Source: Chitinophagaceae bacterium
GTDB lineage: Bacteria; Bacteroidota; Bacteroidia; Chitinophagales; UBA10324
DNA: 64,000 nucleotides
Direction: 5' to 3'
Assembly: GCA_947474435.1 (NCBI GenBank)
Contig: CANJII010000002.1
Span: 34,202 to 98,201 of the forward strand
Both the position numbers and the translations under genes were made by a program. Positions 47,375 to 57,004 of this stretch are shown here, piece by piece (the first letter of the stretch is position 1; the number at the start of each line of letters is the position of its first letter). The notes under the pieces were generated by a model. That model was not told where the DNA came from and made no database searches. It saw only the letters and a program-made list of their open reading frames with translations.

Positions 47375-47436
47375 AAAACTATTTTAACAAAGTAATTTCT
47401 ACGGCACAGTTCTATCTGAACCAATTCAATAAATAA

Positions 47437-48297
47437 TTATTGCAGAAAATATCGTTTACATTCTTCCCCCGGAATCTGAACAACATAAATTCCGGCAGGA
47501 GTGTCAATATTCAAATCAAAATAAATTGCGGCAGAATTTGATGAAGCAGGTTTAATATTTGATACCACCTGACCAAGTGTATTTATCAATTTTGCGCTCG
47601 CAAACATTTTAGGATTTATTTTAGAATCAGATGAAACAGAATTATTATCGGAATATTCTAACCTTTCAAAATCGTTTTGAAGGAATGAATAAGTAGAAAA
47701 AGTTTCCGATTCAGAAAAAACCGAACCGGTTAAATCAGTTTCATTACAAAATGAACTGATTGCAATTTCATATTCAGTATATGGTAACAGATTATCAATT
47801 CGTATTGTACTGTTTTGTGTAAAATAAATTTTCTTGTCTGTTACGCCCGATTCGTGAATTTTTACTTCATACTTCACTGCTCCATTATCTTCCCAGTTCA
47901 CAATTAGGTAATCCAATCCACTGCGAACCATTGTAATTTCCTGTGGAGCGATGCAATCTGTAAAAGTGATAAAGTCTTCACCTTTTATAAATCCGGATAC
48001 ATCCTTTTTCGACTTCCCGCAACACTGAACTTCCCAACAATATGCCGTGCCTTCCTTTAAATTATTAATTCTGCGGTTGGTACTTGGCGCGGTTACAATA
48101 AATTCACTCCAGGTAGTTTCACTTATTGCTTTCACCCGCACCTGATAACTATAATCATCAATGCTTCCCGACCAGATTAACTTAACCTGTGTTGGACTTG
48201 TAACTTCCGTTCTCAGATTAGCAGGTGGCGATATTCCTGCAGTAACATTTTTCTGAAATAAAACCGACAAGAATGCAATGGTTAAAAAACATTTCAT
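47437..48297 (-). CDS. Secreted fibronectin type III repeat protein with T9SS type A C-terminal domain
   Basis: 286 aa with a signal peptide and two FN3-like units. The C-terminus (LINTLGQVV...AGIYVVQI) resembles the Por tail. Confidence 0.7.
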   Translation of the reverse strand: MKCFLTIAFLSVLFQKNVTAGISPPANLRTEVTSPTQVKLIWSGSIDDYSYQVRVKAISETTWSEFIVTAPSTNRRINNLKEGTAYCWEVQCCGKSKKDVSGFIKGEDFITFTDCIAPQEITMVRSGLDYLIVNWEDNGAVKYEVKIHESGVTDKKIYFTQNSTIRIDNLLPYTEYEIAISSFCNETDLTGSVFSESETFSTYSFLQNDFERLEYSDNNSVSSDSKINPKMFASAKLINTLGQVVSNIKPASSNSAAIYFDLNIDTPAGIYVVQIPGEECKRYFLQ

Positions 48298-48348
48298 AAG
48301 ATTCCCTTTTATTCGGAAACCGTTATTACTTACCGATTATAAAAAAGT

Positions 48349-48783
48349 TTACCTTCTAAGCAAAGAAAGTGAGGCGCTGTAATTTGAACTTACTTCACTC
48401 ATCTTCAACGAAAAAGTAGTTGTGGCTGCATCATCGGTTTCAAACGGAATGGAATTAATTCCTTCCTGCAATTCAATTTCCTGAAACAACAACACATCTT
48501 CTAAACCATTTTTCAGTTCAAGCAATAGTATCCAACGCTTGGTCGAATAAATTTCGAGCGACAACATTCCCTTTGAATCATTGGGTGCAATGTTGATTTT
48601 TAATTCTCTGAAATCGCTCCTCAGTTTTTTGTCGGTTGCGTTCATTACAATATAGTCCAATGTTTTTTCGGTTGATGAAATATTTGTATCCTGATTTGAA
48701 ACCAGCGACGAAGTGAGTGATTGTGCATGAACACAAAAACTTATGTTACCTGCAATTACAATTGTGTAAAGAATTTTTTTCAT
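48349..48783 (-). CDS. Hypothetical secreted protein
   Basis: 144 aa with a signal peptide. No domain recognised. Confidence 0.5.
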   Translation of the reverse strand: MKKILYTIVIAGNISFCVHAQSLTSSLVSNQDTNISSTEKTLDYIVMNATDKKLRSDFRELKINIAPNDSKGMLSLEIYSTKRWILLLELKNGLEDVLLFQEIELQEGINSIPFETDDAATTTFSLKMSEVSSNYSASLSLLRR

Positions 48784-48942
48784 AGGCCATCAAATTTTGA
48801 TTTGTCTTTTCAGACTTACCGAAATTAGATGACCTGACAGCAGATTGATTCAATTTATTTATAAATCGCCCTGAATCGTCGTTGAAAGAAATATTTTCTC
48901 TGTTAACCGGTCAATATTTTATTAAATAGAAAAAATATTTTT

Positions 48943-50121
48943 TTACTTGAACGCATTAATTCCGGTAATATCCATTCCGGTAATTAATAAATGAATGTCG
49001 TGCGTGCCTTCGTAAGTAACTACTGATTCTAAATTCATCATGTGTCGCATAATGGAATATTCGCCGGTGATGCCCATTCCTCCATGTATTTGTCGCGCTT
49101 CACGCGATACATTCAACGCGGTTTCAACACTGTTTCTTTTTGCCATGCTTATCTGAGCAGGTGTTGCACGGTTTTCGTTTTTCAGTAATCCCAATCGCCA
49201 AACAAGCAATTGACCTTTGGTTATTTCAGTAATCATCTCGGCCAATTTTTTTTGAGTTAACTGAAATCCGCCTATTGGTTTACCGAACTGAATCCGTTGT
49301 TGCGAATACCTTAATGCTGAATCATAACAATCCATTGCTGCACCCAATGCTCCCCATGCAATTCCGTATCGCGCACTGCTCAGGCAACTCAATGGGCCTT
49401 TCAATCCTTTCACATTCGGAAGAATGTTTTCTTTCGGAACTTTTACATTATCAAAAACCAATTCGCCGGTAGCAGATGCACGAAGCGACCACTTGCCATG
49501 GGTTTCAGGAGTAGTGAAGCCGGGCATGCCACGCTCTACTATTAAACCGCGAATATCTCCTTGTTCATCCTTTGCCCACACTACTGCAATATCGGCAAAC
49601 GGCGAATTGCTGATCCACATTTTTGCGCCATTGAGAATCACATGATCGCCATGCTCTTTAAAATGTGTAATCATGCTCGATGGGTCAGAGCCATGATCGG
49701 GTTCGGTTAATCCGAAACAGCCTATCAACTCACCCTTTGCAAGCTTGGGTAAATATTTTTTCTTCTGGGCTTCACTGCCAAAAGCATAAATCGGATACAT
49801 TACTAACGAACCCTGCACTGATGCTGTTGAACGAATTCCGGAATCGCATCTTTCCAATTCCTGCATAATTATTCCGTACGAAATATAATCGAGTCCAGCG
49901 CCGCCATACTCCACCGGAATGGTGGGACCGAATGCACCAATCTCTGCCAATCCCGGAATCAGGTGTTTCGGAAACTCAGCACGCTGCGCATAATCTTCAA
50001 TAACAGGCGAACAATTTTCTTTTACCCACGCCCTTGCGGTATCACGAATCAGTTTATGTTCATCAGTTAAAAATTCATCTAACAGGTAGTAATCGGGGTG
50101 CTGGTACTGGTCTTTATACAT
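48943..50121 (-). CDS. gcdH: Glutaryl-CoA dehydrogenase (acyl-CoA dehydrogenase family)
   Basis: 392 aa with ACAD blocks. GCFGLTEPDHGSDPSSM and the N-terminal DYYLLDE.LT.E are typical of GCDH. Confidence 0.8.
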   Translation of the reverse strand: MYKDQYQHPDYYLLDEFLTDEHKLIRDTARAWVKENCSPVIEDYAQRAEFPKHLIPGLAEIGAFGPTIPVEYGGAGLDYISYGIIMQELERCDSGIRSTASVQGSLVMYPIYAFGSEAQKKKYLPKLAKGELIGCFGLTEPDHGSDPSSMITHFKEHGDHVILNGAKMWISNSPFADIAVVWAKDEQGDIRGLIVERGMPGFTTPETHGKWSLRASATGELVFDNVKVPKENILPNVKGLKGPLSCLSSARYGIAWGALGAAMDCYDSALRYSQQRIQFGKPIGGFQLTQKKLAEMITEITKGQLLVWRLGLLKNENRATPAQISMAKRNSVETALNVSREARQIHGGMGITGEYSIMRHMMNLESVVTYEGTHDIHLLITGMDITGINAFK

Positions 50122-50265
50122 AATTGCTTTTTAAAGTGCGGCAAAAATAGAATTGATTTCAGCATGTGATAATTTACGAAGGTTAATATTTTTAAAAAGA
50201 AAATTTGTGTCATTTGAAAATAGTTCGATTATAAATTTTCTATTTGCAGTTATAAAATAAACTAT

Positions 50266-50613
50266 ATGATTGTAAATCTGGAAGGAATGAAGTTTCACTC
50301 TCCCATTGGATATTATGAAGAAGAACAAGTAGTAGGGAACGAAATTGTTATTGATCTGGAAGTAGAATTAAATCTGGCGGTGCAAACCAACGACCAACTT
50401 ACCCGCACCATTAATTATGAGACACTGTATGATATGTGTAAAAAAATTTCGCAGAAACCTTTCCGTTTAATTGAAACTTATTGTAGTGAAATTATCAACC
50501 TTATTATTCTGCAACTTCGAGTGAACCGCATAAAAATAAAAGTATCGAAATTAAATCCTGCTCTCGGCGGTGTTATTGATAAGGCGAGTGTGACGATGGA
50601 ACGGGTGTTTTAA
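50266..50613 (+). CDS. folB: Dihydroneopterin aldolase
   Basis: 115 aa. G..F...IGyyEEEq..Gn...iDle followed by INYE is the FolB pattern. Confidence 0.8.
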   Translation: MIVNLEGMKFHSPIGYYEEEQVVGNEIVIDLEVELNLAVQTNDQLTRTINYETLYDMCKKISQKPFRLIETYCSEIINLIILQLRVNRIKIKVSKLNPALGGVIDKASVTMERVF

Positions 50614-50620
50614 TAAATAT

Positions 50621-50777
50621 TTTTTTTGGGGAAAAGAATACAGCGCACGCTGGTTTGTTGTTGCTGGTTTGTCGGAACGCGGTTTTGTCTTTGCTGTAGC
50701 TGCCTCGCGGCAGGGGGTTTTGCGTTATTTCGTTTTTGTTAAGTTATTTCGCAGCACGGAAACATTCCGTGCCGAGC
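50621..50777 (+). repeat. Left copy of a GC-rich ~157-bp inverted repeat
   Basis: Its reverse-complement partner is at 52241-52398. The terminal ~22 nt (GAATACAGCGCACGCTGGTTTG) and inner 27 nt (GCAGCACGGAAACATTCCGTGCCGAGC) are identical between copies, while the middle is diverged. Confidence 0.8.
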
Positions 50778-50947
50778 TGATTTACCATCCGGAAATTATA
50801 CCCTCAGATACCGATTAACTGATTACACCCCACAACAATTTGTGATTGCCGTAGCAGCAGGTGCACCTGCCACACAGGATGTAGTGTTGGTTCATGTGTA
50901 AAGAGCGAACACATCAAATTAAATTTAGGGCAACAAAAAAAATAATT

Positions 50948-51508
50948 ATGAATGACAACGAACTTGAAAACTATATTGGAAAATATTCTACCGACAAACT
51001 TCTTGAAATCATTAGTTCTAAAGCAAAAAGTTATAGCGAAAGATTTTTAGACTTTAGTAAAAACGAATTGGTCAGGCGAAATGTAAAGTTTGAATACAAT
51101 AAGGAACATAATGCACTTGTTGAAAAACTTTCAGATGAAGAATTGAAAAAAATTGTTGAAGTAGAATTCCTTGATTATAATCTTGAATACATGGAGGCAA
51201 TAAGATCTGAATATTTGAAAAGAAATTTTTTAAATGTGTCTGGTTACAATGATGATAGCACAAAAGAAAATAAATCGAAATACCCTTCATTGAATATTCT
51301 AATAGGTATGTATTCATTTTTTGGATGGGTTAGTTTAATTGTAGCGGCATTTGGTGCATTTGGATTAATGAGCTCTTATGATGCGTCAAAAGTTTACATT
51401 AATGCATTACTATTAATAGTAGGATTATTTTCAGCATTGGTTTCTTTTGCCACAGCTGAAGGTTTTAAATTATTTATTGATATTGAAAAAAATACAAGAA
51501 ATAAATAA
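50948..51508 (+). CDS. Hypothetical membrane protein (cassette gene 1)
   Basis: The ORF is 50894..51508. I moved the start to ATG 50948 (MNDNELENY). It has two C-terminal TM helices and is very AT-rich. Confidence 0.55.
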   Translation: MNDNELENYIGKYSTDKLLEIISSKAKSYSERFLDFSKNELVRRNVKFEYNKEHNALVEKLSDEELKKIVEVEFLDYNLEYMEAIRSEYLKRNFLNVSGYNDDSTKENKSKYPSLNILIGMYSFFGWVSLIVAAFGAFGLMSSYDASKVYINALLLIVGLFSALVSFATAEGFKLFIDIEKNTRNK

Positions 51509-51523
51509 TAAAACGATGATAAA

Positions 51524-52219
51524 ATGAAAAACATGGGGTTAACATCATTTCTATTGTCATTATGTTTTGTATTGCCAAATATTAGTATGACATCACCTAA
51601 AGATTTTATGTCAAAGGATTTAAATGGTTGGGTAAAATCAACTACAATAAAAAGATATAGTATCTACATGCAATCTGGAGAAATAAAAAAAAATGAATTG
51701 ATAGGAAAAACTATTTCAAAATATTCTACAAATGGAAATATAACAGAAGAACTACATTATAAATCAGATTGGAATTTGGAAAATAAAATAATCTATTTCT
51801 ATAATGAAAATGGCGTTGGTATTTTAGAGAATTTGTATAGTTCAGATGGATATTTGAGCTATAAACAATCTTATAATTATGATGATAAAGGAAATAAGAT
51901 TGAGATTGATATTTATGATTCTAAAGAAAAATTCTGTTCAAAAACAATAAATAAATATGATGAATTAAGCAATCTGATTGAAATTAATTATTACATAACA
52001 AAACCAACGGAAGATGTTTTTGATATTAAAATGATTATGAAATATAATGAAAAAGGAAATTTGATTCAGGAAATTTCTTATGACGCAAAAGGTACCTTAT
52101 TAGAAACCTGGACTTGGAGTTATGAAACATATGATGAAAATAAAAATTGGACTAAAAAAATTGGATATGATAACGGTGAACCAATGAATATTTGCGAAAG
52201 AGAAATTGAATATTATTAA
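51524..52219 (+). CDS. Hypothetical lipoprotein-like protein with short YD/RHS-like repeats (cassette gene 2)
   Basis: 231 aa with a signal peptide. Motifs such as YNYDDKGNKIEIDIYD and KYNEKGNLIQEISYD recur. Confidence 0.55.
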   Translation: MKNMGLTSFLLSLCFVLPNISMTSPKDFMSKDLNGWVKSTTIKRYSIYMQSGEIKKNELIGKTISKYSTNGNITEELHYKSDWNLENKIIYFYNENGVGILENLYSSDGYLSYKQSYNYDDKGNKIEIDIYDSKEKFCSKTINKYDELSNLIEINYYITKPTEDVFDIKMIMKYNEKGNLIQEISYDAKGTLLETWTWSYETYDENKNWTKKIGYDNGEPMNICEREIEYY

Positions 52220-52240
52220 TCCTTGCTCGGAATATTTCCT

Positions 52241-52398
52241 GCTCGGCACGGAATGTTTCCGTGCTGCGGAATTACTTAACTTAAAAGATATAACGCAAAA
52301 CCAACTGTCGCAAGGCAGATGCGGCAAAGGCAAACCCGCGTTTTGACAAACCCGTGATGGCAAACCAGCGTGCGCTGTATTCTTTCCCCCCAAAAAAA
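52241..52398 (-). repeat. Right copy of the GC-rich ~157-bp inverted repeat
   Basis: Its reverse complement aligns end to end with 50621-50777. Confidence 0.8.
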
Positions 52399-52451
52399 TC
52401 CTTCGACAAGCTCAGGATGACAGCGATAGAATAATTCAGTTTATAATAAAA

Positions 52452-54392
52452 TCACCTTCCAATTTTTTGTTTCAGCATATCAATGTACTGCTCATTTACA
52501 TTGAAGCCGAGTTGCTGCGCTTTGAGTGCATCGTTCAGGGCATTTTCAAACTGATTGAGATTAAAATAAACATCGGCACGAAGGGCATATAAATTTCCGG
52601 CAGTTGGCGAATATTGAATTGCGCTGTTTGCATCGGCTAATGCTTCGTTGTATTTATTCAGCTTTAGGTAACTGCGCGCACGGTTTCCATAACAATCGAA
52701 ATAAGCAGGGTTAATTTCTATTGCCTTTGAGTAAGCCCGGATGGCACTGTCAATTTTTCCCTTCATATCGAGCAGATTGCCAAGATTGCCATAGGCATTT
52801 GCATTGTTGGGTTCGGTTTTTAAAACCATTTTAAAATCGTGAAAAGCCGAATCGTACTTGCCGCCAATGCTGTAGGCAATGCCGCGGTTCATGAATGCAC
52901 CCGGATATTCGGGATTGAATTTTATGGCATTGCTGCAATCGTCAATGGCTTCGCGGATTTTTCCCTGCACGCGAAAAATATCGGAGCGGTTAATTAATGC
53001 TTCGGGATAATTTTTTTGTAACCGAATGGCTTCGTTGAATTGAACAAGTGCTTCATCTAACCGGTTATTTTTCTGATAAAAACTGCCGAGGTTATTGTGC
53101 GCGGTCGGAACATAACTGTATTTCTCAATGGTATCGAGCCAAAGCGATTCGGTGTTTTTCCAAACAGCAATTCTATCCATTGCCTGACTGCATTGAACGG
53201 CGATGATTGCAATCATGAACACCGAAACCAATTGCTTGTAAATTATTTTGATGGATTTATTTTTCAGTATCCAATCAACAAAATAAGCCATGAGAAAAAA
53301 CAAACCGAGGTAGGCGAGATAGGTATAACGGTCGGCCATAATTGCTGCACCAACAGGAAGTACCTGAAGTATGAGCGCCACATTCACTAAAAAAAATCCA
53401 AGTCCGAATAATATGGTTCGGTTTTTTCGGAAATAGAAAACAGTAATGGCGGCAATAATTAATAGCAAGATCGGAGAGCACCAGATTAACCAATCGTATC
53501 CGGCGCCCTTTAACGGATAAGGATAAAAAGCTGAAAGCGGACTTGCATAAATTGCTTTGTAGAAATAGCTGAACAATGAATAAGCGGCGAACAACATTTT
53601 CTCGGGGAAAGTATAGTACGGAATATCGGCAATGGATTTACTGAGCGATTGCGCTTTCACTGCCAATAATCCGAACGCGATGGATAAAACGAAGAATGGA
53701 ATTTTTTCAATCAACATTTTCCAATTCCATTTTCTTTTTTGCAGGAAATCAATTCCCAGCAAAACAACTGGCAGTGTAACGGCCTGCCCTTTTGAAAGCA
53801 GCGATAAAATAAAAGCGAGCAGGCATAACGAATAACTTACTGCTGATTTACTTTTTGAATAAAACAGGTAAGCAATTAAACTCATCATGTAAAAACACAA
53901 GTACATTAAATCTTTCCGTTCCGATATCCATGCAACCGATTCGGTGTGCGCCGGGTGAATGGCAAACAGCGCTGCAACAATTGTTGCCATCCATGCTGAT
54001 TGCATGAATAAGAAAATGAAAAAGAAAACCAATGCGGTATTGAGCAAGTGAAAAAACAACGCGGTGCGGTGATATCCTTTTGCATCTTCGCCATACAACT
54101 TCCAATCAACAGCAAGAGACAACATGGGCAGTGGGTGATAGTTGCCCATAACCTGTGTGGTGGTGAAAAACTGAGTGAAAGTAGTTGCGCTTAAATTTTT
54201 TGTTAATTCGTTATCGAGCACATAACCTCTGTCGTCCCAGTTGGTCCATTCGTTTTTTAGTGATGGATAATAAACAATGAGTGTTAGCAGAAATACGCAA
54301 GCCAGCAAGTACCATTTTAAATATTTAACAGCAGGTTTTTCAACTTTAGCTTTTATGGATGGTTGCCTGGTTTCCGATTTATTTTTTTTCAT
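52452..54392 (-). CDS. TMTC-like membrane protein (DUF1736 region plus C-terminal TPR repeats)
   Basis: 646 aa with about 10 TM helices. The HPAHTESVAWISERKDL motif is followed by about 7 TPR units. Confidence 0.75.
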   Translation of the reverse strand: MKKNKSETRQPSIKAKVEKPAVKYLKWYLLACVFLLTLIVYYPSLKNEWTNWDDRGYVLDNELTKNLSATTFTQFFTTTQVMGNYHPLPMLSLAVDWKLYGEDAKGYHRTALFFHLLNTALVFFFIFLFMQSAWMATIVAALFAIHPAHTESVAWISERKDLMYLCFYMMSLIAYLFYSKSKSAVSYSLCLLAFILSLLSKGQAVTLPVVLLGIDFLQKRKWNWKMLIEKIPFFVLSIAFGLLAVKAQSLSKSIADIPYYTFPEKMLFAAYSLFSYFYKAIYASPLSAFYPYPLKGAGYDWLIWCSPILLLIIAAITVFYFRKNRTILFGLGFFLVNVALILQVLPVGAAIMADRYTYLAYLGLFFLMAYFVDWILKNKSIKIIYKQLVSVFMIAIIAVQCSQAMDRIAVWKNTESLWLDTIEKYSYVPTAHNNLGSFYQKNNRLDEALVQFNEAIRLQKNYPEALINRSDIFRVQGKIREAIDDCSNAIKFNPEYPGAFMNRGIAYSIGGKYDSAFHDFKMVLKTEPNNANAYGNLGNLLDMKGKIDSAIRAYSKAIEINPAYFDCYGNRARSYLKLNKYNEALADANSAIQYSPTAGNLYALRADVYFNLNQFENALNDALKAQQLGFNVNEQYIDMLKQKIGR

Positions 54393-54446
54393 AATTGGAA
54401 GTTGCTTAATAAATCCTGACTACTTTTTAATTGCTGAAGCAAAAAT

Positions 54447-55031
54447 TTATTTATTCATTCCGGTTAATGAAAATTTCTTTAACACATCGGCAACTCTGCG
54501 AACCGGTAACCCCATAACATTAAAATAGCATCCTTCAATTCTCTCCACTATCCTCACTCCTATCCAATCCTGAATACCATAACCACCGGCTTTATCAAAT
54601 GGTCGGTGATTCTTAATGTAATATTCCAATTCTTCTTTTAACAGATTGCCAAAAACAACTTTGGTTTCATCGCTGAAAGATTCTTCGTGTTCAGCGGTGC
54701 GGATACACACCCCTGTAATAACTGAATGAGTTGTTCCGCTTAATGCCTGTAACATATAAAGTGCCTCTGCATCGTTACCCGGTTTGTTAAAAATTTTTCC
54801 GTTAAGAAATACGATGGTATCAGCTGCAATTACCACGGTTTCATTTCCCGGATGAAACTGTTCGAAAACCGATGCCGCCTTTTTTCTGGCCAGAATTTCC
54901 GGCGATTCAAATGTTTTCCAGTTATCATCTATTGTTTCATCAATATCAGGAATTTTAATTTCAAAATCAAAACCTGCCAGTTTCAGTAATTCCTTTCGTC
55001 GTGGTGATTGTGAGGCAAGAATTAATTTCAT
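54447..55031 (-). CDS. maf: Maf family nucleoside triphosphate pyrophosphatase
   Basis: 194 aa with LILASQSPRRKELL and KAGGYGIQ motifs. Confidence 0.9.
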   Translation of the reverse strand: MKLILASQSPRRKELLKLAGFDFEIKIPDIDETIDDNWKTFESPEILARKKAASVFEQFHPGNETVVIAADTIVFLNGKIFNKPGNDAEALYMLQALSGTTHSVITGVCIRTAEHEESFSDETKVVFGNLLKEELEYYIKNHRPFDKAGGYGIQDWIGVRIVERIEGCYFNVMGLPVRRVADVLKKFSLTGMNK

Positions 55032-55040
55032 GAAAAAAAG

Positions 55041-55985
55041 TTATGTCATCAAAAAATAGAAATATCCCATAGTCAGAATTCCCATCAGCATGACCACTTT
55101 CACCAAGGTACTGATCCGGTTAAAATCTTTTTGTGTGTCAGCTCTGTATAACAACCACATCATCACAAACATCGGAAACTGTACGGTCTGCATTAAATAA
55201 ATAACAGTTAAAAAATCATGTGCCTGAAATGGTTGCACTTCAACTAACCCAACTAAAATAATTACAATTATACCCAGCACATAAACAATTGTTTTTGTTT
55301 TGGGAATTCCAAAAACGATCGGTAGTGTTTTACAACCATATGTTTCATCGCCCTGAATATCTTCCATGTCTTTAACAATTTCTCTGATTAACGAAACAAT
55401 AAAAGCGAATAAAAAATAATAAAAAGCTCTGATAAATATTGAATAGGCCGCCATCAATTCAGCACTATCAGTGGGATGAAATAATGGTTGTTCAAAAAAC
55501 ACAACTACAAATACCACTAACCCGGTAAGCAGTGCAACAATAAAATTTCCGATAAATGGTTGTCTTTTATACCCTGTAGAATAAAACCATAACAGCGCTC
55601 CAACAATCGGATTAATCATGGCAAGACGATAATTGCCTATTCGCCAGGCTAAATAAATACCTATTATAACTGCAATGGAGGTGAGCATTTGATGAGCAAG
55701 AATTGCTGGTCGCCTTTTGATTGATTTACTGATAAACAATTTTCGGGGTTTATTAATCGCATCAATCTTAACATCGAAATAATCGTTAATAATGTATCCG
55801 CCTGCAGCTAAAAAAACGGTGGATATAACCAATAAACAAAATTCAAAATCACTCAGTGCAGATTGTAATCCCGAATTATTTAAAGCAGGTATTACAATCA
55901 GGTAATGAAAAAACGATTGAGTTAAAACAATAAAAAAAAGGTTCGGATATCGAATTAATTGCAGAAAGGAGTAAACGCTTTTCAT
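55041..55985 (-). CDS. UbiA family prenyltransferase
   Basis: The ORF is 55041..56021. I moved the start to the internal ATG (MKSVYSF). It has the NDYFDVKID (NDxxDxxxD) motif and about 8 TM helices. Confidence 0.8.
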   Translation of the reverse strand: MKSVYSFLQLIRYPNLFFIVLTQSFFHYLIVIPALNNSGLQSALSDFEFCLLVISTVFLAAGGYIINDYFDVKIDAINKPRKLFISKSIKRRPAILAHQMLTSIAVIIGIYLAWRIGNYRLAMINPIVGALLWFYSTGYKRQPFIGNFIVALLTGLVVFVVVFFEQPLFHPTDSAELMAAYSIFIRAFYYFLFAFIVSLIREIVKDMEDIQGDETYGCKTLPIVFGIPKTKTIVYVLGIIVIILVGLVEVQPFQAHDFLTVIYLMQTVQFPMFVMMWLLYRADTQKDFNRISTLVKVVMLMGILTMGYFYFLMT

Positions 55986-56055
55986 ATCGGCGGCAAAATA
56001 AAAACTAATACCTGAAACCACTTGGTAAAAATGATTTCAGGTAGTATTATATTGT

Positions 56056-56913
56056 TTATTCCTTAACAAATTTTATTGGCAGGTGGTATAAAACACTAAC
56101 AGTGTTTCCATTATTTTTTCCTGGTTTCCACTCCGGCATATTTTCAAATATGGAAAGGTTGAGTTCAGCAATGCCGTAATTTACGCCATCACGAATAATT
56201 TTTATGCCGCGTATTTTTCCATCGCGCCCAACAACAAATTCATAAACCACCTTTCCATCGTATCCACTTTCTCTCCACTGATTATTTGTTTTTGTTCGCT
56301 TCGAAATGAATTTATTCAACGCATCCAAACCTCCGGGGAATTCCGGCATTTCAGGTACCCACAATAGAGCGCTGTCTTTTTTAAATTCGCTCTTTCCTGT
56401 TTTTGTGTCAGAACCTTCTTGTTTCCCACTTCCCTTACCATTGAAATTGCCACTTGCTGTATCACTACCGATACCTTGTGTGCCTTTAAATATCGGGTGT
56501 TTAATTTCAGGTTGAATTTTTAATGTTGAATCTTTCGAAATAATTATGGGTGCATTTACTACAGGTTTAGAACATAATTGTGGCTTCGGCTTTTGTTTAT
56601 CCAATGGTGGAAAATCAAATATTTCGGGTTCAATAAACACATTCGGTAAAATATTATTTAATAATTGATGGTCTTTATTTTTCACGACTATCGTTAAAAG
56701 AAAAAACAATGTTAAAGTACTAACACTGATAAAAAATGCTTTAGATAACTGCTGATGATATTGATGCCTTAACTGATAAGCACCATATGTTTTGTTGTGA
56801 TTTTTAAATACTTCATCATTCCATTCATCATCAAAAATAGTGGGTTGCAAAAGGTTAAATTTTTTACTGAATTCGTTTTTTGCATGCTGATTAAATTGCT
56901 TTTTTGTTTTCAT
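56056..56913 (-). CDS. Energy transducer TonB
   Basis: 285 aa with an N-terminal TM helix, a Pro/Lys-rich linker and a C-terminal PEFPGG...GKVVYEFVV TonB domain. Confidence 0.75.
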   Translation of the reverse strand: MKTKKQFNQHAKNEFSKKFNLLQPTIFDDEWNDEVFKNHNKTYGAYQLRHQYHQQLSKAFFISVSTLTLFFLLTIVVKNKDHQLLNNILPNVFIEPEIFDFPPLDKQKPKPQLCSKPVVNAPIIISKDSTLKIQPEIKHPIFKGTQGIGSDTASGNFNGKGSGKQEGSDTKTGKSEFKKDSALLWVPEMPEFPGGLDALNKFISKRTKTNNQWRESGYDGKVVYEFVVGRDGKIRGIKIIRDGVNYGIAELNLSIFENMPEWKPGKNNGNTVSVLYHLPIKFVKE

Positions 56914-57004
56914 GATTGAAAGAGTTTATACTCATGAAACGCAAACTCTTTCTTTTCCATAAGTTAGTTTACAGAACTGACAATTTTATTACAATTGCTA
57001 TTTA

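Noticed and set aside
52100-52393. A 97-aa ORF on the minus strand running through the right inverted repeat.
   Set aside because: The left copy of the repeat differs by frame-shifting indels and hits a stop after about 38 codons in the corresponding frame, so the repeat is not conserved as coding sequence. The ORF also runs antisense into the end of the 231-aa gene.
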